Position numbers and translations under genes: made by a program
Notes under the pieces: model-generated
What the model saw: only the letters and a program-made list of their open reading frames with translations
Told to the model about the DNA's origin: nothing
Database searches by the model: none
From: Malacoraja senta
Taxonomy: Eukaryota
Length of the DNA: 64,000 bases
Assembly (NCBI GenBank): GCA_038087875.1
Contig: CM075980.1
Location: 9,734,001-9,798,000, forward strand
Reading direction: 5' to 3'
Part shown: piece by piece, positions 14,601 to 26,600 of the stretch
How positions within the stretch are numbered: the first letter of the stretch is position 1
How the letters are laid out: each line of letters begins with the position of its first letter

Positions 14601-17600
14601 CCTGCTTGAAGATTATTGATTCTCTGGTACAAGAACAGACCCACCTGCAAGTAATTTAGTAATTTGCACCAAGTTGAGAATACAAGCACATTGATGTATT
14701 TGCTGCTGCTGTACTTTAAATTAGCTCAGTTACCTTCTCCTCCTCAGTTAGTGGATCACCCAATTCTTCCTGTGAGAAATCCAGAAATGCCACTGTTCCA
14801 TCCATTGAGCATACCAGCAAACCCAATCCTGTTAAAGTCCTGGTGTAAAATAAAACACAAACTATATTTAACACCTTCAAAGTCAACAAGTGTGCTCTCA
14901 AATTATGAATTAGCTGCAAATTATGATTAGTTCCCAATCAATGAAAAAATCATGGATGAGAAGAAGGATCTGCTTATCAATTTGATTAAATAAATGAGTA
15001 CAATTAACATTTAAAAAAATTTAGATGCATATAGAAAAGTCGTGCTGGGCCAAGAAGAGTTGAAAAGCCAAAGATGGCATTCTAACATTGAAAAAATATT
15101 GGATCATTTAAGATAACAAAGAGGAAATAGAAAAGGAAGCTTTGAGATTATTCTAATGACAAAGATGGAAGGTAATTGTGAGGTATAATCTTAGCTGAGA
15201 GTATCAGGAAAGATAACCCGAAATGGTAGAATTAGTGGCATAAGAAAGGACAAAAGACTCCTTAGGAAAATATCATCATTAACGTTACAATCAATCAAGA
15301 AAACAGCCTTGAACGCAGGTAATGTAAAAGTTCTAGGAGTTTTAACTGGATAAATTGACGTGGTAAAAGTAGTTCGAAAAATAATTTCAAATAGTTTATT
15401 TGAAACCATATCCTGGAGCAATATACATTGGATTCAAACAGGAAACAATTTATCTTTTCTTCTTGGGTAATGAGATTAGTAATTAGCAGTATTAATTAAT
15501 TAGTAATTGCATAAAATGACCCTCCAGGAAAGTGTGGTTGTATTCAAGAGCCGCAAACTTTCAGAGTAGTCTTCATCAATAAACAGAGAATAAGAGGTGG
15601 TGGGGTTCTTAAATGGGTGAGCAGAGAAACAGAGGGGTGTAAAATGCGGGCGGAAGCAATAGGTAGCAAGGTGAAAAGTAAAAGTGGCAGGCAGACAAAT
15701 CCAGGGCAAAAATCAAAAAGGGCCACTTTTCAACATAATTGTATAAGGGGTAAGAGCGTTGTAAAAACAAGCCTGAAGGCTTTGTGTCTCAATGCAAGGA
15801 GCATTCGTAATAAGGTGGATGAGTTGAACGTGCAGATAGCTATTAATGATTATGATATAGTTGGGATCACGGAGACATGGCTCCAGGGTGACCAAGGCTG
15901 GGAGCTGAACATCCAGGGATATTCAATATTCAGGATAGAGAGAAATGAAAAGGAGGTGGGGTAGCGTTGCTGGTTAGAGAGGAGATCAACGCAGTGGAAA
16001 GGAAGGACATTAGCTTGGAGGATGTGGAATCGGTATGGGTAGAGCTGCGAAACACTAAGGGGCAGAAAACGCTGGTGGGTGTTGTGTACAGGCCACCTAG
16101 CAGTAGTAGTGAAGTTGGGGATGGCATCAAACAGGAAATTAGAAATGCGTGCAACAAAGGCAAAACAGTTATAATGGGTGACTTCAATCTACATATAGAT
16201 TGGGTGAATCAAATTGGCAGGGGTGCTGAGGAAGAGGATTTCTTGGAATGTATGCGGGATAGTTATCTAAACCAACATGTAGAGGAACCAACGAGAGAGC
16301 AGGCTATTCTAGACTGGGTATTAAGTAATGAGGAAGAATTAGTTAGCAGTCTTGTTGTGCGTGCCCCCTTGGGCAAGAGTGACCATAATATGGTTGAGTT
16401 CTTCATTAGGATGGAGAGTGACATTGTTAATTCAGAAACAACGGTTCTGAACTTAAAGAAAGGTAACTTTGAGGGTATGAGACGTGAATTGGCCAAGATT
16501 GACTGGCAATTAGTTCTAAAAGGGTTGATGGTGGATATGCAATGGAAGGCATTTAAAGACTGCATGGATGAACTACAAAAATTGTTCATCCCAGTTTGGC
16601 AAAAGAATAAATCAGGGAAGGTAGTGCATCCGTGGATAACAAGAGAAATCAGGGATAGTATCAAAGCAAAAGATGATGCGTACAAATTAGCCAGAAAAAG
16701 CAGCATACCAGAGGACTGGGAGAAATTCAGAGACCAGCAGAGGAGGACAAAGGGCTTAATTAGGAAAGGGAAAATAGATTATGAAAGAAAACTGGCAGGG
16801 AACATAAAAACTGACTGCAACATTTTTTATAGATACGTGAAGAGAAAGAGATTAGTTAAAACAAATGTAGGTCCCTTACAGTCAGAAACAGGTGGATTGA
16901 TCATGGGGAACAAGGATATGGCGGACCAATTGAATAACTACTTTGGTTCCGTCTTCACTAAGGAAGACATAAATAATCTGCCGGAAATAGCAGGGGACCA
17001 CGGGTCAAAGGAGAAGGAGGAAATGAGTGAAATCCAGGTTAGTCGGGAAGTGGTGTTGGGTAAATTGAATGGATTAAAGGCCAATAAATCACCAGGGCCA
17101 GATAGGCTGCATCCCCGAGTACTTAAAGAAGTAGCTCCAGAAATAGTGGATGCATTAGTGATAATTTTTCAAAACTCTTTAGATTCTGGAGTAGTTCCTG
17201 AGGATTGGAGGGTAGCAAACGTAACCCCACTTTTTAAGAAGGGAGGGAGAGAGAAAACGGGGAATTACAGACCAGTTAGTCTAACATCGGTAGTGGGGAA
17301 ACTGCTAGAGTCAGTTATTAAAGATGGGATAGCAGCACATTTGGAAAGTGGTGAAATCATTGGACAAAGTCAGCATGGATTTACGAAAGGTAAATCATGT
17401 CTGACGAATCTTATAGAATTTTTCGAGGATGTAACTAGTAGAGTGGATAGGGGAGAACCAGTGGATGTGTTGTATCTGGACTTTCAGAAGGCTTTCGACA
17501 AGGTCCCACATAAGAGATTAGTATACAAACTTAAAGCACACGGTATTGGGGGTTCAGTATTGATGTGGATGGAGAACTGGCTGGCAAACAGGAAGCAAAG

Positions 17601-20600
17601 AGTAGGAGTAAACGGCTCCTTTTCACAATGGCAGGCAGTGACTAGTGGGGTACCGCAAGGCTCAGTGCTGGGACCCCAGCTATTTACAATTTATATTAAT
17701 GATCTGGATGAGGGAATTGAAGGCAACATCTCCAAGTTTGCGGATGACACTAAGCTGGGGGGCAGTGTTAGCTGTGAGGAGAATGCTAGGAGACTGCAAG
17801 GTGACTTGGATAGGCTGGGTGAGTGGGCAAATGTTTGGCAGATGCAGTATAATGTGGATAAATGTGAGGTTATCCACTTTGGTGGCAAAAACAGGAAAGC
17901 AGACTATTATCTAAATGGTGACCGATTAGGAAAAGGGGAGATGCAGCGAGACCTGGGTGTCATGGTACACCAGTCATTGAAAGTAGGCATGCAGGTGCAG
18001 CAGGCAGTGAAGAAAGCGAATGGTATGTTAGCTTTCATAGCAAAAGGATTTGAGTATAGGAGCAGGGAGGTTCTACTGCAGTTGTACAGGGTCTTGGTGA
18101 GACCACACCTGGAGTATTGCGTACAGTTTTGGTCTCCAAATCTGAGGAAGGACATTATAGCCATAGAGGGAGTGCAGAGAAGGTTCACCAGACTGATTCC
18201 TGGGATGTCAGGACTTTCATATGAAGAAAGACTGGATAGACTTGGCTTATACTCGCTAGAATTTAGGAGATTGAGAGGGGATCTTATAGAAACGTACAAA
18301 ATTCTTATGGGGTTGGACAGGCTAGATGCAGGAAGATTGTTCCCGATGTTGGGGAAGTCCTGGACAAGGGGTCACACCTTAAGGATAAGGGGGAAATCCT
18401 TTAAGACCGAGAAGAGAAAAAACATTTTCACACAGAGAGTGGTGAATCTCTGGAACTCTCTGCCACAGAGGGTAGTTGAGGCCAGTTCATTGGCTATATT
18501 TAAGAGGGAGTTAGATGTGGCCCTTGTGGCTAAAGGGATCAGGGGGTATGGAGAGAAGGCAGGTACGGGATACTGAGTTGGATGATCAGCCATGATCATA
18601 TTGAATGGCGGTGCAGGCTCGAAGGGCCGAATGGCCTACTCCTGCACCTATTTTCTATGTATCTATGTATGTATCCTAAATAAATGTATGTACACAAGTA
18701 TGAGGGGCAGATTCACAGAGACAAACAATGTTATTACACTCAAACAGGTCCTTCAATCCACATTGGCCATCAAGTCCCCACTTTAGTTACACTATCACAT
18801 ATTCAAATGGAGATTGCACAATGGAAAAATGCATGTTTTCTTGATATGATAGAATCATGAAACTTTGCGGAATAGGAGGCGGCTTTGCCGGTGAAAGCAC
18901 TGCTTAAGAACTCTAGAAAACATGGAGCACTTCCCATATCTTCACAGGTGACGTATCGGCAAAGATAAACATCAGTGATGAAATTCACCACCACCTTCAA
19001 TGCACTCGCAGTCTTTGGTCAAATATGGTAAAAGGTGCCTAAAAAGGAACCTCTAAACAAGCAAAAAAAAATCATGGTCAATAGACAATAGGTGCAGGAG
19101 TAGGCCATTCGGCCCTTCGAGCTAGCACCGCCATTCAATGTGATCATGGCTGATCATCCACAATCAGTACCCCGTTCCTGCCTTCTCCCCATATCCCCTG
19201 ACTCTGGCAATAGTGCTCTCAACCAGGCAATAGTGCTCCCTGTCTTCCCCAGTACTTCTGAGATCTGGACTTCCTACAGCAGACACCTCAAGGATTTGGA
19301 ACATGCAAATTCCACACAGATTGTACACTAGGGCATAATTGAACCTGTGGTGCTGCAGCGGAATACTGCACCACAGTGGGACCCAGGTTACTCTCAGCAA
19401 TGCCTGAAGCCCAACTCCTATATTGCAAGATTCATCATGGGACGAGATTCCCTGGTGGACAGCAGAAAAGTTGCAAGGACGTGTTGAAAGCTTTTTCTAA
19501 GATGCGCAACACCCTCTTTGACTCATCACAGTGGAGAATGAGCATTTGGATGCTACTGAGAACCTTGAGGCCTTGCATTGAGAAGCCCAATCTAAGCAAT
19601 GGAAGGAGCACACAAACCACAAATGCATCTCCTCCTGCTCCTTTTTTGGAAAGGGTGTGGTTTTCCCCAATGGCCTCATCAGCCACCTCAGAATCTACAA
19701 AAACATAGCTCAAGTAAGTTATCCTTGATCCAGAGGGATTGCTGGAGCAGTCGCAGTAGCAAAAGTAGTAGTAGTTTTCATCAAGCTGTGGGTTTACCTC
19801 AGACTCTCATCAGACACTTTTCCTTCATTCATTGTCATTTTCCTCATTACCAGCTGCAAAACAGCAGCTGAACCTGTGACACAACATATGGCTCCTCCCA
19901 CAGAGACAATTATAGCATCGTGGAAAGGAGATGTGTTATGATTGCATCCCATGATCAATTTTAAATGTTCACAATTGATCATACCAAAACAACTAAACCA
20001 AAAAATTATTTTTTTCATTTATGGGTCTATGTAAGGGGGAGGGGGGGGGGGAGGGGGGGGGAGGGGGGGAGTCAATATCTTCATTGGTAGAATTGTTGCC
20101 AGCCAAACCTGATGCTTCAATCTTGTGGTTTGGGAATGCACAAGGATTGCCAGTTTCTAGTTATGTCACACTGATCCAAGAACAAGTTAGCTCGCATTTT
20201 ATTCTTGCCCAGCATCAATGAAAAATGTTTGCAAAAGAAAGACGTATGATTGATTGTAAAATAAAATTGAAACGCAAGAGAAAAGTATTTCCCCTAATTA
20301 CTGAATTAATTTCAATTCAATAACATATCTATTATAATAATATCGATTTCATTCTGATACAAGTATAGACGAAAGTATACAAGTATAGTGTGAAATGGAG
20401 CAACATTAGAGAATCCATCACAATCCTTACCAGGAGATATCCATAATAGATTTATCAAATAATTCATGGATCACCACCAGAGGGCGTTTCAGACAAGTAA
20501 GCTGTTGAAACAAAGCAACAAGTGAACACTAGCCTGTTTGACTGAAATATGTTGTTTCTTTCATTCAAGAAGGCCATTTAAGACTCTAGCAAAGCAAATC

Positions 20601-23600
20601 AAAGCCAAATGCCCATGCACAAAATAAATCAATTCCAATTGAAGGTAGAGGCCTAATCATAGGTTATAATGTATGCCTTAAAGGAGAAACAGACAATAAG
20701 CCAGAGATAATTCAGGGATCTACAAGATTTAGAGCATGGACAGGAGAAAACTAATTATGTGATCAAAGAAGTGGGCCGTCCCAGAATTGGAGAAATGCAC
20801 AGCTTGGAGAAGGTCAAAACAGAAGTAAATATCAGATGTCTGAAAGGATTCAAAAAGAAGGGTTTAAAGGATCTGAGAGTTAATGTAATTCAGCAATATG
20901 GAGATTATGATATGGAGAAAGAACCACAGATAACATTTTAGATCAATTAAATTTTATCAAAATTGCAAAATGTTAGAAATAAATCATGTTTCCACCGGGT
21001 GGCGCTGTCAGCGATGGCAGCCTCGCCAATGGTCTTTCTGTCTTTTTTGTTATTTTTAGTGTTTTTAAAAGTTTGTGTTAATGTTCTCTGGTTTGTTTGA
21101 TGTGGGGGGTGGGGAAACTTTTTTTCAATCTCTTACCTTGCCGGAGATGCGATTGTTTTCCGAATCGTATCTCCGGTTGCTCTGCGGCCTAACATCAGGG
21201 AGCTGGCAGCCTTGCTCGAGACTGACTTTGAGCCCTACCGCGGGGCCCTGGACGTACCATCGGAACCTGCGATCCCTTGCCTGGGATCTACGCTCCAACC
21301 CCAGCCTGCGGATTTCACCATCGAGGAGGTCGCAGTCTTGGGTAAAGACCGATATCGGGAAGCTCCAAAGAGGTTCGACTAGCCCCGACCCAGGGTCCGA
21401 TCACCCAGCGCAGGGGAGCTGAGATCCCCCCCCCCCGATGCGGGAGCTTGATGGCCCCAACGCGGAGGGTCCGACCGCCGGCTGCGGGAGCCAAGATCGC
21501 CCCGTCAACGGAAGGTTCAAGGCCCCCAACCGCGTGAACAAAGAAAGGAAGAGATTGAACTTTTTTTTTCCGCTTTCCATCACAGTGAGGAATGTGGAGG
21601 AGTCACTGTGGTGGATATTTATGTTAAAATGTATTTTGTGTGCCTTGTTGCTTTTTATTGGTATGACTGTATGGCAAATCAAATTCCTCGTATGTTGCAA
21701 AACATACTTGGCTAATAATGATTATGATTATGATTATTATGATGATTATGAAGTTTAGGATGCAGAAAAATAATGTATCTTGAGGGGAAAGAAAGTCAAA
21801 GTAGGGGAGCATAGAATCGAGCATGTCTATGACACGGTGAAAAGTCAGTTTATCTTTCTTGAGATGTCACCCCAAGAACAAGGCATCTAGGTCGACACAA
21901 AAAACTGGAGTAACTCAGCGGGACAGGCTGCATCTCTGGAGAGAAGGAATGGGTGACGTTTCGGGTCAAGACCCTTCTTCAGACTAAACCAGCATCTGCA
22001 GTTCCTTCCTACACAAGGCATCTAGGTCTCTAGACTTACCCAAACAGAGAGGGACCGGTCTTTACTCCCCACCGCACAGCAACAGTAAGGACAACTAGGC
22101 TTATTGGAGCTCCCATTCCGTGGCTTCTTCTTAAATATCTTCGGGTTAAATTTCTAAAGATGGGAATAGAAGAATAAAGTCAGCATCAGATCAACAAAAT
22201 GTCGCTTTACATCCAAAGTATAAAGAAACCTCATTCACTCAGTCTTCTGATCAGCAGCATATTCAGACACATAGCCCATTTTAAGTGCACATCACTAAAT
22301 AGAATTTAGCTATATTAAACCTAATGAAAAGATCACAGACAAATGTTTATAATTCACGGTTTTAAATAAACAGACAAACTTGGGCACAGAGGTAAGTTGG
22401 GACAGCTTATTATTTTGAAACTAAAAACTGATCTTAATTGTTTTTCTATTAGTGCATTAACCAAACTGTAACAAATAAACTTGGCCTATCCTTCTCTTAT
22501 GTCCAGATGATCCTCTTCGCATCTACAAGTATAGGTAACCTGTACGCCTGACAGTTACTGGCAAAGATTATTCCTTTCACTCACGTCATTATTTGCATTA
22601 AGCCAAAACCCAGTTTATTATTTATAATGTCATTAAAGAGTCCATTTCAGTAATAAGAATTGCCATTACATCAATGCTTTCATTCCCAGCATTAGGGCTA
22701 CAAGTAAATGCGCTCCAAAGTTAGAAAAATATCTCATAATTATGATGAAGTCGATGTTACTCTGATCAGAGAAAAAAGAAAATCACAAAAAAAGCCAAGA
22801 TAGGAATCTAAAATAAAAACAGAAAATACTGAAAACACAACAGATTAGGCAGCAACTGTGAAGAGAGGGGAAAAAAAAACTGCTTATTTTCTAGCAGCAT
22901 TCACAGAAATCAAAACTAGTCAGTGTAAAGCCCTGGGGGAAAATGCACAATCTTTCAGCACATTCTATACTTCAGCCGTTCTGTACTTTCCTTAAATGCA
23001 TGTAAAAACATTCATATTTATGACAAACATCCCCTATTCTCCTATATTGTCTAGAGCCAAGTTGCCACAAACTGGAAATGGCTTAGTGATCAGACCCTCA
23101 GCTCAAAGTCTGAAGCTTTAGCTTTCATCCTGTGTCAAAGACTTCAGGGCTTCCTCACTCTGAAGTAGCACCATGGGCATTCAAGGCAATATCTTCTGAT
23201 AAGATGTTAGACTAGGGATGTAAAAGGTCTCCTGGTGTTCTTGCAAAGTAGTACAAGAGGATTTCTGTAATTTTCTGAAACATATGCTAGATCAGTAGCC
23301 AAAATTTCCTTGGTATCCTCTTTTCATCTTTTTGAATTGACAAAGTGACGATCTCAATTTTCCAATTTAAAGAAATTACTGGTGAGCAAAGATAACTATA
23401 GTTCGGCCAACAATTTAACCTACTTCATAAAATTTGATATGTAGAGCACAGAACAAAGCATTCATCTCACCTCTCCACGTCAAACCAAACTGACCAATGT
23501 AGGCCAATCCAAATCCCAGCTCTTGGGCCATAGCATCAAAAGTTACAACGTGACTATGGTGACGGTTTCTGCCTGCATGACACTTTCAGAGTGATCCCAT

Positions 23601-26600
23601 CAGTTTTTTTTGGGGAAAAAATCTTTAATTCACTAACTCTTCTATCAATTACCTTGAAAATATTTTTGAGCTATTGAACATGATGCCAAAGGAAATTGCT
23701 GAATCAATTTCTATAATTTTTATTTGGAAATTTGCTGTGATGTTAGAGATCAGAATGGAAACATTTGCTCTGCACAACATCTGGGATCTGTGCGATCAGA
23801 CCAAGCAATCTTGCAACCATTTGGCTAGTCAAATGGGAAAGTAAAATCCCTGATCAAGAACGAAACTAAAGACTACTATTTGAAAAAATATTTAGAAATT
23901 TCCATGCCCCAACCTTCTGTGGAGTGTTCATAGTTTGTATCAAACTGCTCTGCCACCAACCAAATGGAGCTCAGGGCCTGGCAGACATTGACGCAGAGAC
24001 AACAACCTGGCTGCTCAACACCCGGCTTGAGATCTAACTATTCCTTTGGTTTATGTTTTATTCGCAAGAAGACGAAGATCAAAAAAGAGTGGAAGAACAT
24101 TACATCCACTTCAATGGTACAGCAGGAAACTGTTTTCAGGGAGGTGCATCATTAATCATAACTACAGGATTTTCACATTTACTTGGGCATCACCTATTGT
24201 CAGAAATTGCCATAAGATGTTAGGCTCGTTATTATGACAGAAAATTCTTGCTGATTAAACTATTTCCTATTGCTCTCTCTTTGTATAAATCGAAACACTT
24301 ATCAGTCACACTGTGCCAAGTGCTATTCAGCAGGGTTCAAAAGGTGAGAACACTTACCACCACCGTCACTGCTTTACGATGGCCAACAAAGTCCATATTT
24401 GTTTTCCAGCCATCCCGTTCAATGATCTGAGCTGTGGGGCCCGAGTTGTTCATCGCATGCGCAGATACGAGGTAATGGCCATCTGGGGACCAACTTAAAC
24501 GCAGTACGTGCGTCGTGCCTGCACACTGAAGAGAGATAATAACAATCTTATGGACCGCTAATGATGCATGACCACGTAAACCAAGAGCACATACACCAAA
24601 TATCTTAGTAATAATGGAACTCAAGACGTTGCAAATTTAAAACAGCACTGAACCAGGGGCTTTTTTGTTCTTTCAAGAAAGCACTGAAGGTAGAAGGTAG
24701 TGGTGGCTGGGAGATTCTATGATTGGAGGTCTGTGACCAGTAATGCAAGGATCAATACCGCACCTCTGTTGCTTATGATATGTATAAATGATCTGAATGA
24801 AAATGCAAGTGATATGATTAACAAGCTTGCACATGAGATGAAAAATGGTGTTGTTGTTCATAATGAAGAAGGTTGTCAAAGGGTATAGCAGAAAATGAAT
24901 CAGTCGGGAATTTAGGTAGAGAAGAAATTGAGTTTAATCTGGACGACAGTGAGGTGTTGTATTTTGGGAGGTCAAATGCAAGTCATCAAGTTTACAGTAC
25001 ATAGCAGGACCATGAGGTGCATCGATGTAACATAGAAACATTGAAAATAGGTGCAGGAGGAGGCCATTCGGCCCTTCGAGCCAGCACCGCCATTCATTGT
25101 GATCATGGCTGATCGTCCCCTACCAATAACCCGTGCCTGCCTTCTCCCCATATCCCTTGACTCCACTAGCCCCTAGAGCTCTATCTAACTCTCTCTTAAA
25201 TCTATCCAGTGACTTGGCCTCCACTGCCCTCTATGGCAGGGAATTCCATAAATTCACAACTCTCTGGGTGAAAACGTTTTTTCTCACCTCAGTCTTAAAT
25301 GACCTCCCCTTTATTCTAGGACTGTGGCCCCTGGTTCTGGACTCGCCCCACATTGGGAACATTTTTCCTGCATCTAGCTTGTCCAGTCCTTTTATAATTT
25401 TATATGTTTCTATAAGATCCCCCTCATCCTTCTAAACTCCAGTGAATACAAGCCTAGCCTTTTCAATCTTTCCTCATATGACAGTCCCGCCATCCCAGGG
25501 ATCAACCTCGTGAACCTACGCTGCACTGCCTCAATCACAAGGATGTCCTTCCTCAAATTAGGAGACCAAAACTGTACACAATACTCCAGATGTGTTCTCA
25601 CCAGAACCCTATACAACTGCAGAAGAACCTCTTTACTCCTATACTGAAATCCTCTTGTTATGAAGGCCAACATTCAGAGAAGGATGTAGAGAAGGATCTT
25701 GGGGTATAAGGAAGGGTCTTGACCCGAAACGTCACCCATTCCTTCTCTCCAGAGATGCTGCCTGTCCCGCTGAGTTCCTCCTTTTTGTGTCTATCTTGGG
25801 ATATAAACCTCTGTACCGAGGTACAGTGAAAAGCTTTAGAGGGTGCAGAAGAGATTCAACAGGATGTTCCCTAGATTGGAGAGTATTAGATACAAGGAGA
25901 TGTTGGATTAACTTGGATTATTTTTTTCTGGAGGTTGGTGGTTGAGGGACAAATTGATTGAAATATATAAAATTATGAGAGGCACAGATAGGGTAGTCAG
26001 GAATCTTCCCCCCCCCCCCCCCCCTCCCCCCAGGGTGGAAATATCAAGTATTAGAGGTTGTTGGTTATGTAAGAGGGCTGTTTATTTTTAATATAGAGTG
26101 TGGTATGTCCCTGAAACACACTAGAAGGGGAAGTGGTAGAGGAGGCATTTAAGATGCATTTAGACCGACACAAGGAAGCAAGGAGTAGAGGGATACAGAG
26201 CATACAGATGGGATTTGTTATATTGGCATCATAAACAATGCAAACATGGAGGATCGAAGGGCCTCTTCTATGTCATGTGGTCTGGGTATTTGACTATTAC
26301 ATTTCCAAATATAAATTGACATTTAATGGACAATTTCAAATAAAGCTACCATAACACCTGAAGAACAAGGAGTACAAGTTTCAGGTGACCATTTCCACCT
26401 GTCTGCCACCTGTCCGATGGAATTAGTCCAAATTCCAAATAATACCCACTGTTGTGCATTACTGTTCTATATCAAGATATTCATGCATCTCAAGATAATT
26501 GCTGATCAGAAAGAAATAGAAACCAGGTCTCCAGAATACAGCTGACCTCTACTCCAGACAAAACCTATCCCCTTTCGACTATCTTCCCTGATTCCCAACC

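Noticed and set aside
15170-15600. AT-rich stretch with faint L1-like or foreign coding appearance
   Set aside because: No recognisable motif could be supported by eye; needs a translated search.
16263-18599. Antisense ORFs of 65-147 aa over the LINE
   Set aside because: Shadow frames of CR1 ORF2.
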